The position numbers were made by a program, and so were the translations under genes. The notes beneath the pieces are model-generated. The model was not told where the DNA came from, did not search any database, and saw only the letters and a list, made by a program, of their open reading frames with translations. Of a DNA stretch of 64,000 nt, positions 9,707 through 18,023 are shown in pieces. The stretch covers positions 2,823 to 66,822 of the forward strand of contig DATNCQ010000037.1 of the NCBI GenBank assembly GCA_035571515.1. Direction: 5' to 3'. Source of the DNA: Vicinamibacterales bacterium (GTDB taxonomy: Bacteria > Acidobacteriota > Vicinamibacteria > Vicinamibacterales > UBA2999). Position 1 is the stretch's first letter, and the number at the start of each line of letters is the position of its first letter.

Positions 9707-10774
9707 ATGAATCGCATGTGGAAGAGCTCTGAATTCACCGCGGGTGAATGGGTCGAGGTACGCAGCAGGGAGGAAATTCTTTCCACGCTGGACGGGAACG
9801 GGCAGCTCGACGGGCTGCCGTTCATGCCGGAGATGCTGCAGTTCTGCGGTCAGCGTCTTCCCGTGTTCAGGCGCGCGCACAAGACGTGCGACCCGCCGAA
9901 CGGACTCCAAGGCAGGCGAATGGCCGCGGCGGTTCATCTCGACGGCGTCCGGTGCGACGGCAGCGCTCACGGCGGCTGCCAGGCTGGATGCTTGATGTTC
10001 TGGAAAGATGCCTGGCTGAAGAAGGCTGACCCGGCCGATGATGTCCGCGCCGCGGCGCCGGGCGCACAGCCCATCCTGCCGCCAGAAGGAACACCGGAAA
10101 CAGAAAGGGTAGTGTGGGCCGGCACGCGACAGCCGGACCAGCCAGCCGAAGAGCCGAGGTTCGTCTGTCAATCGACGCAGATTGCCGCCGCAACGACGCC
10201 GCTGGCGTCGCACGACCTGCGGCAGTACATCGAGGACTGGACGTCGGGCAACGTCAGCCTGACGCAGATGATCGCCTCGGCGATGTATTCGGTGTGCGAA
10301 GCGGTTGCGAACGCCGGCCTTGGCCTCGGTTCCGCGGTGCGCTGGACCTACGACACGGTTCAGGCCTGGCGCGGAATGACGCCGTATCCGTCCCGTACGG
10401 GCCGCGTCCCGGCGGGGACGAAAACGCCTTCGGCTCAGTTGGGGCTGCAGGTGGGCGAGCTCGTCCAGGTGCGCCCGTACCAGGAAATCCTGGAGACGAT
10501 CGATCAGAAGGGGCACAACCGCGGCATGGTCTTCGACGGCGAGATGGTGCCGTTCTGCGGCGGGACCTATCGGGTACTGCAGCGCGTCAACCGCATCATC
10601 GACGAGAAGACCGGCAGGATGATGCACATGAAAAACGAGTGCATTCAGCTCGACGGCGTGACGTGCCAGGCGTGTTACGCCAAGTACCGAAAGTTCTGCC
10701 CGAGGAGCATCTTTCCGTACTGGCGCGAAATCTGGCTGCGGCGCGCCGGTTCAGATGCGGCCGGGACCGCGTGA
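9707..10774 (+). CDS. Hypothetical protein made of two tandem Cys-containing modules
   Basis: 355-aa ORF with a clear internal duplication: GEWVEVRSREEILSTLDGNGQLDGLPFMPEMLQFCGQ.. versus GELVQVRPYQEILETIDQKGHNRGMVFDGEMVPFCGG... Each module ends in LDGV.C..C..W..WL(K/R)(K/R)A. Confidence 0.7.
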   Translation: MNRMWKSSEFTAGEWVEVRSREEILSTLDGNGQLDGLPFMPEMLQFCGQRLPVFRRAHKTCDPPNGLQGRRMAAAVHLDGVRCDGSAHGGCQAGCLMFWKDAWLKKADPADDVRAAAPGAQPILPPEGTPETERVVWAGTRQPDQPAEEPRFVCQSTQIAAATTPLASHDLRQYIEDWTSGNVSLTQMIASAMYSVCEAVANAGLGLGSAVRWTYDTVQAWRGMTPYPSRTGRVPAGTKTPSAQLGLQVGELVQVRPYQEILETIDQKGHNRGMVFDGEMVPFCGGTYRVLQRVNRIIDEKTGRMMHMKNECIQLDGVTCQACYAKYRKFCPRSIFPYWREIWLRRAGSDAAGTA

Positions 10775-10908
10775 AATGTATCGATATTTGACGGAAAGGT
10801 ACGAAGAGTCGCGCTCACAGCGAAAAATGTCATGCACTCACCCGGCTGCAAACGGCGATTGCCGCCCTAACGTATTGCTCACCAGTATTTTATCGAGAAC
10901 CGCCAAGC

Positions 10909-10924
10909 GGGCACCGGTATTGCC
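10909..10924 (+). promoter_or_regulatory. Sigma-54 promoter (GGCAC-N5-TTGC)
   Basis: GGGCACCGGTATTGCC is a near-consensus -24 GGCAC and -12 TTGC with exact spacing, 67 nt upstream of ATG 10991, in a lower-GC intergenic region. Confidence 0.6.
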
Positions 10925-10990
10925 ACCGCTTTCAGGCCGGCTCGCCAAACTGCTGGAGTCGGAACGACCCCCCATACTGGAGAGAGCGCT

Positions 10991-12502
10991 ATGAGAAGTC
11001 GAGGGCTGGCACTGGTGGGCGCCGCCGTGTGCCTCCTTATCCTGTGGGTTGCACACGGCCGGGCCCAGTCGTCAACGGTGACCTGCACGGCGACCGCAGC
11101 GAACGCCACGCTGGCAGCAGTGCAGAACGCGATCAATTCCGCCGCCTCGGGTGCTGTCGTCTGCGTGCCCGCGGGGTCGGCGACGTGGGCCGGCACGCTG
11201 AATTTCCCATCGACCAACAAAGACATCACCGTCGCCGGTGCGGGCATCGGCAACACCGTGATTGCCTGCGGCAGCGTGAACTGCTGGGCGATGACCAACG
11301 CGTCGAACCAGCGCTTGACGGGGTTCGAGTTCAACTGGAGCGCCACGAGCGACCGGTTCCTCACCGTTCACGGACCGGTGACCAACGGCAAGGTGTTCAG
11401 GATCGATCACAACAAGTTCAATGCGCCAGGCACGACGTGGTCGATCATCGACGTGTCCGGCGACGGCCCGGCCGCGAAGCATCCGACGGGCGTGATCGAC
11501 AACAACACGTTCGTGAACTTTTCCATTCATTTCAACGGCACGAATTTCAGTCTCGCCGACGGCAACACGCAGCACGCGCTCTGGAGCCAGCCGACGACCC
11601 TCGGTGACTTCACCGACGTCGTCTACGTCGAGGACAACTCGTTCACGTCGACGCCGACGTCGGGCTTCCAGAATTTCGCGGACGGCAACTACGCGGCGCG
11701 CTGGGTGTGGCGCTTCAACACACACAGCGGCCACGGCACGGGTCTCGAGATTCACTCCGTCCAGGGGCCCAACCGCGCCGTCCGGCGCTGGGAGGTCTAC
11801 GGGAACTCCTACACGAAGAGTGGCAGCAGCTTCTACCCGGTCATGTTCATCCGTGGAGGGAGCGGCGTCGCGTTCGACAACACGGCGTCGACCGACTACG
11901 GGACCACGGTGCTGCTCGACAACGTGCGCAGCATGGGCGACCCCGGCGGCGGAGTGGGCGCCTGCAACGGCTCCAGCAACTGGGATCAGAACAGCGCGGG
12001 GCTGAAGGGCTACGCCTGTCGCGACCAGATTGGGCGCGGCGGCGATACCACCACGTGGGCCCCGGGGCAGCCGTTTGCGCAGACCGCGCTGCCGGCGTAC
12101 TTCTTCAACAACCTGCGGGCAGGCAGCCAGTTCACCACCACGCTCGACAACGATTGCGGCTCGCCGTCGTGCCTGGCCGCGCCCGGCAACAATCCGATTC
12201 ACCTGGTGGCGAATCGCGACTACTACATCCAGGGCGCGTCGTTCACCGGGACCTCCGGCGTGGGGCGAGGAACGCTGGCGACCCGGCCGGCGACGTGCAC
12301 GACGGGCGTCGCGTACTGGGCGACCGATTCCGGCGAGTGGAACAGCAGGCACGCGGGTCCCGACGGCCAGTTGTTCAAGTGCACGGCGACCAACACGTGG
12401 ACGCTGTACTTCACGCCGTATCCCTATCCGCACCCGTTGACGGTGGGCGGAGCCCCGGCGCCGCCGGCAGCGCCGCAGAACCTCCGGATCATCCCGAACT
12501 AG
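10991..12502 (+). CDS. Secreted right-handed beta-helix-like protein (possible polysaccharide lyase/hydrolase)
   Basis: GGAGAG before the ATG. Signal peptide LALVGAAVCLLILWVAHGRAQS. Repetitive Asn/Gly/Thr-rich strands (IDNNTFVNFSIHFNGTNF, VYVEDNSFTS, GVAFDNTAST) suggest a parallel beta-helix. Confidence 0.7.
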   Translation: MRSRGLALVGAAVCLLILWVAHGRAQSSTVTCTATAANATLAAVQNAINSAASGAVVCVPAGSATWAGTLNFPSTNKDITVAGAGIGNTVIACGSVNCWAMTNASNQRLTGFEFNWSATSDRFLTVHGPVTNGKVFRIDHNKFNAPGTTWSIIDVSGDGPAAKHPTGVIDNNTFVNFSIHFNGTNFSLADGNTQHALWSQPTTLGDFTDVVYVEDNSFTSTPTSGFQNFADGNYAARWVWRFNTHSGHGTGLEIHSVQGPNRAVRRWEVYGNSYTKSGSSFYPVMFIRGGSGVAFDNTASTDYGTTVLLDNVRSMGDPGGGVGACNGSSNWDQNSAGLKGYACRDQIGRGGDTTTWAPGQPFAQTALPAYFFNNLRAGSQFTTTLDNDCGSPSCLAAPGNNPIHLVANRDYYIQGASFTGTSGVGRGTLATRPATCTTGVAYWATDSGEWNSRHAGPDGQLFKCTATNTWTLYFTPYPYPHPLTVGGAPAPPAAPQNLRIIPN

Positions 12503-12517
12503 GCGGCATTCCTTGAC

Positions 12518-12545
12518 CTCCGTCCGCACCCCTGTGCGGACGGAG
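12518..12545 (+). terminator. Strong hairpin terminator
   Basis: CTCCGTCCGCAC-ccct-GTGCGGACGGAG is a 12-bp perfect stem 16 nt after the stop codon. Confidence 0.65.
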
Positions 12546-12695
12546 CCTTAGCCTTTCCGCCCCACTTTCGCCCGCTTGGCCGCTCGACGCCGACAAAGGT
12601 CTGCTTTCCAGAGTCCTTTTCCGTTCACGATTCGACACTGCCGGCCGATCCCTCGCTCTGGACCCTCACTTGGACCCGCCGCGGGGCCGAGCCCC

Positions 12696-12711
12696 GGGCA
12701 CCACGCTTGCA
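12696..12711 (+). promoter_or_regulatory. Sigma-54 promoter (GGCAC-N5-TTGCA)
   Basis: GGGCACCACGCTTGCA matches consensus TGGCAC-N5-TTGCA at 11/12 defined positions. It lies 103 nt upstream of ATG 12814, the first gene of the plus-strand operon. Confidence 0.65.
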
Positions 12712-12813
12712 CCCGGACAGCACGTTCATACATACGTACTAAATCGACGCCCTGTTGCGGACCTCTGTGTCGCCGCGGGGGCGCCACAAAAATAGAGGGC
12801 CGCGCCTTTCCGA

Positions 12814-14073
12814 ATGAAACCCCGAATTCTTCTCGTTTCCACCTCGCGGTGGTTCGCGACGGCGCGTCTGGCGATGGCGTTTGGCGCGCTGGACTGTGAC
12901 GTCGAAGCCGTCTGTCCGCACGACCATCCGGTCTCGAGGACGGGCGCCGTGTCGGCAATCCATCGTTTTCGTCCGTTGCGCCCGGTGCATTCGATCGCGC
13001 GGGCGATCGAACGATCGCGTCCCGACCTGTTGATCCCGTGCGACGACCTGGCGACGATCTGCCTGCATCGCCTGCACGAGCGCGCGGCCCGGGAGGGAAC
13101 GCCCGCAGGTGACGCGACCTGCGCGCTGCTGGTGCGTTCGCTCGGATCTGCGTCCGCGTTCGATGTCGTCGGCGCCCGGTCGAGCCTGATGACCCTCGCG
13201 CAACGCCATGGCGTCAGGGTGCCGTTGACGTCAGTGACCGCAACCGTTGCCGATCTCAACGCCTGGGTTCGCGAGCAGGGCGTGCCGACGGTGCTCAAAG
13301 CCGACGCGACGTGCGGCGGGCGCGGCGTGCGCATCGCCGAAACGCCGGTTGAAGCCGCCGCCGCCTGGCAGGCGCTGCACGCGCCTCCCTCCGCGGCGCG
13401 TGCCATCAAGCGTTTCGTCGTGAACCGCGATGGCAACTACATCCTTCCGTGTGTCCAGCGGACGCACGGCGTGATCAACACGCAGCGTTTCATCCGCGGA
13501 CAAGACGCCAACGTCACGGTGGCGTGCTGGCAGGGAAAGGTGCTGGCGAGCGTGTCGGCGGCCGTGCTCCGCACGACCGAACCCCACGGACCTGCGAGCG
13601 TCGTGCAATTGATCGACAACAGCGAAATGACCACGGCGGTGGAGAAGATCGTGTCGGCGCTCGGCCTCTCGGGACTGGTCGGCTTCGATTTCATGATCGA
13701 GGACCACAGTGGCTTCGCCTATCTCATCGAATTGAACCCGCGCGCGACGCAGATGGGACACCTGCCGCTCGACAACGGGCGCGATCTGCCACGGGCGCTG
13801 CTGGCGGCGCTCACCGGGACGGTGAGCCGGGTTCGGCCCGCGGCCACGACCAACGACGTGATCGCGCTGTTCCCGCAGGAATGGCTGCGGGACTCCGAGA
13901 GCGCGTTCCTGACCAGCGGGTTTCATGACGTCCCGTGGAGCGAGGCATCGCTGCTGCGCACCGCCACGGAAGAAACGATGACGCACAGACTCTGGACGGC
14001 GATGATGGCGCGACCGAATGCGCCGCGCCCGTCCACTCCTCGTAAGAAGGCGCGGTTTGAACAGCTTCTCTAG
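12814..14073 (+). CDS. ATP-grasp domain protein
   Basis: VPTVLKADATCGGRGVRIAETPVEA and GLVGFDFMIEDHSGFAYLIELNPRATQMGHL (ATP-grasp C-terminal E-x-N metal site). Confidence 0.8.
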   Translation: MKPRILLVSTSRWFATARLAMAFGALDCDVEAVCPHDHPVSRTGAVSAIHRFRPLRPVHSIARAIERSRPDLLIPCDDLATICLHRLHERAAREGTPAGDATCALLVRSLGSASAFDVVGARSSLMTLAQRHGVRVPLTSVTATVADLNAWVREQGVPTVLKADATCGGRGVRIAETPVEAAAAWQALHAPPSAARAIKRFVVNRDGNYILPCVQRTHGVINTQRFIRGQDANVTVACWQGKVLASVSAAVLRTTEPHGPASVVQLIDNSEMTTAVEKIVSALGLSGLVGFDFMIEDHSGFAYLIELNPRATQMGHLPLDNGRDLPRALLAALTGTVSRVRPAATTNDVIALFPQEWLRDSESAFLTSGFHDVPWSEASLLRTATEETMTHRLWTAMMARPNAPRPSTPRKKARFEQLL

Positions 14074-14082
14074 GAATTCATC

Positions 14083-15315
14083 ATGACTGGTTCATCAGAA
14101 GTAGCGGTCGTCGGTGCAGGTCCGTACGGACTCTCGCTCGCGACGCACCTCAAGGCGGCCGGAATCGACTTCCGGATTTTCGGAACCCCCATGCAGGTCT
14201 GGCGCGAGCGGATGCCGGACGGGATGACGCTCAAGTCTGACGGTTTTGCGTCGAACCTGTCCGATCCGGCGGCGGCACTGACGTTGAAGCGCTTTTGCGA
14301 AACGATCGGCACCAAGTACGACGACACTCGCATCCCCGTCAGCCTCGACACGTTCAGGGCCTACGGGCTCGCGTTTCAGCGACGCCTGGTGCCGGAGCTC
14401 GAACAGAAGCAGCTCACGCGACTCGAACGCGACGCGAACGGTTTCCATCTCTGGTTCGACGATCAGAGCGAGGCGCGGGCACAGCAGGTCGTTCTCGCGG
14501 TCGGGATCACACATTTTGCGTACACGCCCCCGATGCTCGACGGGCTGTCGCCGGCGCTCGTCTCTCATGCGTCCGCACACAGCGATCTCAGCGGGTTTCG
14601 AGGGCGTGAGGTGACCGTCATCGGCGGTGGGGCGTCTGCGATCGACATCTCGGCTCTCCTTCATGACGGCGGCGCGCGCGTCACTCTCGTCGCGCGCCGG
14701 AAGGCATTGAGGTTCGCGGATCCGCCTGCGCCTGAAGGGCGCTCGTTCTGGGATGAGCTGCGGCATCCTTCCTCGACGATAGGACCAGGCTGGCGGTCGT
14801 TCTTCTACACGCACGCGCCGTGGGCCTTCCATCGTCTTCCGCAGGCGATGCGTCTCGGCATCGTCACGAAACATAACGGCCCGGCCGCAGGGTGGCCGAT
14901 GAAAGACCGGTTCGTCGGCAAGGTTCCGACGCTGCTCGGACACCACGTCGTCGCCGCGGAAGCCGCGGGCAATCGCGTATCGCTGACGCTATCCAGTGAT
15001 GCGGGCACGACCGTCCATGCGACGGATCACGTCATCGCCGCGACCGGGTACCGGGTGGACCTCCGACGTTTGGGGTTCCTCAGCGAGGACCTCGTGTCGA
15101 GCATCCGCGCCGTAAACTCCACGCCCATCCTCTCGCCGAACTTCGAGTCGTCGGTCACTGGCCTCTACTTCGTGGGCGCGGCTTCCGCGAACAGCTTCGG
15201 CCCGATGATGCGGTTCGCCTGCGGCTCCGACTGGACCGCCAGACGAGTGGCAAAGCGATTGGACTCACGACCGCATCCGGTCCAGGCGACCGTGGCGGAA
15301 GCCGTTGCGCGTTGA
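14083..15315 (+). CDS. FAD/NAD(P)-binding flavoprotein (two-dinucleotide-binding-domain, FMO/N-hydroxylase-like)
   Basis: Two Rossmann motifs: VAVVGAGPYGLSLA at the N-terminus and VTVIGGGASAIDIS mid-protein. Confidence 0.8.
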   Translation: MTGSSEVAVVGAGPYGLSLATHLKAAGIDFRIFGTPMQVWRERMPDGMTLKSDGFASNLSDPAAALTLKRFCETIGTKYDDTRIPVSLDTFRAYGLAFQRRLVPELEQKQLTRLERDANGFHLWFDDQSEARAQQVVLAVGITHFAYTPPMLDGLSPALVSHASAHSDLSGFRGREVTVIGGGASAIDISALLHDGGARVTLVARRKALRFADPPAPEGRSFWDELRHPSSTIGPGWRSFFYTHAPWAFHRLPQAMRLGIVTKHNGPAAGWPMKDRFVGKVPTLLGHHVVAAEAAGNRVSLTLSSDAGTTVHATDHVIAATGYRVDLRRLGFLSEDLVSSIRAVNSTPILSPNFESSVTGLYFVGAASANSFGPMMRFACGSDWTARRVAKRLDSRPHPVQATVAEAVAR

Positions 15316-15325
15316 CAGGCACCCG

Positions 15326-16618
15326 ATGAGTGTCTTCGCGGGTCCGGGCGGGGCGGCCGCGAACGCTCCGCTCCCTCGTGCGCCGAAGACGGCGTGGCTC
15401 GCACTTCGCGGTCGTCTCGAACGGTGGCGCTGGCCGCTCGCCATAGGCCTTGCCACCGTCGCGGGTTTATATGCGTTCTGGCCGATTGGAACGTTCATCC
15501 GCGGCTGGAATGACTCGTCGTTCCTGTACGCGGCCGGCCGGACGTGGCTGTCCGGCTTGTCGCCGTACGAGTTCGAACGGTGGAATGCCGAGTGGGCTGC
15601 CGTGCGACCAGTCGCCGACATCGTGCAGCCAATGCCGTTCGTCTACCCGCCGCACTGGGGTCCGATCGCGGCGTTACTGGGGATGTTGCCCTGGCCCGTT
15701 GCCTCGCGGCTCTGGGATGGCGTCAACGTGCTCGCGTACGTGGGCGCGTGCGTGTTCTCGATCAAGCTTCTGACCGGTGACGTCCGTCGGCTTCTGGCGA
15801 CTACGCCCGCGGTGTGGGTGTTTCTCGCGGTGGCGACCTTGAACGTGGCCGTGCGTCAGTCGATCTTTCAGGGCCAGCTCACGATCGTGCCGCTCCTCGG
15901 TGTCGTCGGAGCGTTCTGGGCGTGGCATCACCGAAGAGTGGGATGGCTGATCGTCTTCGGGTATCTCGCATCGCTTAAACCACAGCTCGGATTACTCCCG
16001 CTTCTCTACATTTTCTTGAATGGCGGTCACAGGGGGATAAGCCTGGCCGCGCTCGCAGCGGGTGGCGTGGCGGTGGTGTCGATGTTGCCATCGGGGCTCG
16101 AGCACGTGCATGCGGACCTGTCGCGCGTCATGACGCTTCACTCGCAACTCGAATTCAACCAGCCTGACCAGTACTTCAATATTCCCGCGTTGGCGGCGCA
16201 GTACCTGCCGGAGCCGCTGGTCATGACGGTGGGACCTCTTCTGGCCATCGTCCTCCTCATCGTGCTGACAGTGATGCGCCGACGCCACCTGGCGTCTGCG
16301 GTACTGCACGATCCGCTGTGGCAGGCGAGCATTGTCATGGCTGTCGCGGGAGCATTGATGCCCCTGCATGCGTACGATCTCGTGATCTACACGCCGCTCG
16401 CTCTGCTCGCCTATCGCCTGAGATCCAGCTGGATGGTGCTTCCGTTGCTGGTGCTCATCCTCAGCGGCGGCCGATCGCACCTGTTTGTCAGGTATTTCGA
16501 TCTCCAGCTTCCGCCGCCGATTGTGACCACCGCCGTGGCCCTGACGATTGTGATGGCCGCGCGGAAGACCGTGCTTGGGGCCACCAGCCTGTCGACGGGG
16601 TACGTGGCTACCAGCTGA
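15326..16618 (+). CDS. Polytopic membrane protein, GT-C-like (DUF2029/GT87-like)
   Basis: ORF 15305..16618; ATG 15326 lies 11 nt after the upstream stop. About 10 hydrophobic segments with Trp/Pro-rich loops, as in DUF2029 mannosyltransferase-like proteins. Family call is tentative. Confidence 0.6.
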   Translation: MSVFAGPGGAAANAPLPRAPKTAWLALRGRLERWRWPLAIGLATVAGLYAFWPIGTFIRGWNDSSFLYAAGRTWLSGLSPYEFERWNAEWAAVRPVADIVQPMPFVYPPHWGPIAALLGMLPWPVASRLWDGVNVLAYVGACVFSIKLLTGDVRRLLATTPAVWVFLAVATLNVAVRQSIFQGQLTIVPLLGVVGAFWAWHHRRVGWLIVFGYLASLKPQLGLLPLLYIFLNGGHRGISLAALAAGGVAVVSMLPSGLEHVHADLSRVMTLHSQLEFNQPDQYFNIPALAAQYLPEPLVMTVGPLLAIVLLIVLTVMRRRHLASAVLHDPLWQASIVMAVAGALMPLHAYDLVIYTPLALLAYRLRSSWMVLPLLVLILSGGRSHLFVRYFDLQLPPPIVTTAVALTIVMAARKTVLGATSLSTGYVATS

Positions 16619-16665
16619 TCGCAGCCCCTATCCCCGCGGACCGATGGGCCCGAAGAGAAAAATAG

Positions 16666-17955
16666 GTGATTGCACGAATGCCCAGGTCCCGCGTTGCCAT
16701 TCTTCGTACGACGCCCGCGACGGTGCTCAAGGACTATCACGCGGTCATGAACCTGGCGGGATACCAGGATGTCATCGCCAGGGACGCCGATACCGCGCTG
16801 AAGGTGAACATCTCCTGGCACTTCTTCTTTCCCGGCAGCTCGACGACGCCGTGGCAGCTCGAAGGGGTCATCCGCAGCCTGAAACGTGACGGCTACGATC
16901 CCTCGCTGATCCATGCGTGCCACAACCGCACCGTGGTCATCGACGCGCGCCTCGGCGAACGCGAGAACAAGCAGGTCAACGTCATCGACGCGCACGGGCT
17001 GCGGAACATCCACATCTACGAGAGCGAAGAGTGGATCAACATCCGCGACGCCGTCGGCGATCTGACGAAGAAGTTCACGTGCCTGAACGACGTCTACCCC
17101 AAGGGGTTCATGATCCCGCGGCGCTTCATCGGCGAGAACATCATCCACCTGCCGACCGTCAAGACGCACGTCTTCACGACGACGACCGGCGCGATGAAGA
17201 ACGCCTTCGGCGGGCTTCTGAACGAGCACCGCCACTGGACGCATCCGGTGATCCACGAAACGCTCGTCGACCTGCTGATGATTCAGCAGCGGATCCATCG
17301 CGGCGTCTTCGCAGTCATGGATGGCACCTTTGCGGGGGACGGTCCCGGCCCGCGCTGCATGGTGCCCTACGTCAAGAACGTGATCCTAGCGAGCGCCGAC
17401 CAGGTGGCGATCGATGCGGTGGCCGCCAGGTTGATGGGGTTCGACCCGCTCTCGATCAAGTTCATTCGCATGGCTCACGATCTGGGTCTCGGCTGCGGCG
17501 ATCCGCGGGACATCGAGATCGTCGGGGATCAGGCAGCAGGGTCGGAGAACTGGCATTTCGTGGGGCCGTTCAAGAAGATGACGTTCGCCTCGCGCATGCA
17601 GCACAAGATCTACTGGGGCCCGATGAAGCGGCCCATCGAGTGGTCATTGAAGACCGTGCTCGCCCCCTGGGCGTATGCCGCGAGCGTGATGTATCACGAC
17701 AGCTTCTGGTATCCGATGTATGCGAAGCGCATCATGCGCCAGGCGCTTGGCAGCGTCTGGGGCCGGTTGTTCCGGAATTGGGAGAGCGTCACCGCCGACG
17801 AGAACGGGTATCGGGACGTCGGCAACGACGAGGGCACGATCCGGAAGACCGGCATGCGCGCACTGCTGCAGTCGTTTGCAATTCTGGGCACGTGCCTCAA
17901 GGAAGCGCCTGAATTCGTGAAGAGGCGAAGGCCCGCCGCGACAGCGCCCCGATAG
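16666..17955 (+). CDS. DUF362 domain protein
   Basis: KVNISWHFFFPGSSTTPWQLEGVIRSL, HLPTVKTHVFTTTTGAMKNAFGGLL, MDGTFAGDGPGPR and SADQVAIDAVAARLMGFDP. Confidence 0.8.
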   Translation: MIARMPRSRVAILRTTPATVLKDYHAVMNLAGYQDVIARDADTALKVNISWHFFFPGSSTTPWQLEGVIRSLKRDGYDPSLIHACHNRTVVIDARLGERENKQVNVIDAHGLRNIHIYESEEWINIRDAVGDLTKKFTCLNDVYPKGFMIPRRFIGENIIHLPTVKTHVFTTTTGAMKNAFGGLLNEHRHWTHPVIHETLVDLLMIQQRIHRGVFAVMDGTFAGDGPGPRCMVPYVKNVILASADQVAIDAVAARLMGFDPLSIKFIRMAHDLGLGCGDPRDIEIVGDQAAGSENWHFVGPFKKMTFASRMQHKIYWGPMKRPIEWSLKTVLAPWAYAASVMYHDSFWYPMYAKRIMRQALGSVWGRLFRNWESVTADENGYRDVGNDEGTIRKTGMRALLQSFAILGTCLKEAPEFVKRRRPAATAPR

Positions 17956-18023
17956 AGAACTCTTGTCGTCGCTCTGGCGGACTTCCGTGCCCGGACCGCC
18001 GCTTCGAGACACTACGGCTGGGC

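Noticed and set aside
9155-12529. Long minus-strand ORFs 9155..10627 (490 aa) and 11072..12529 (485 aa)
   Set aside because: They are antisense shadows of the CgeB-like, duplicated-module and beta-helix genes. Their composition is Arg-rich and they carry no motifs.
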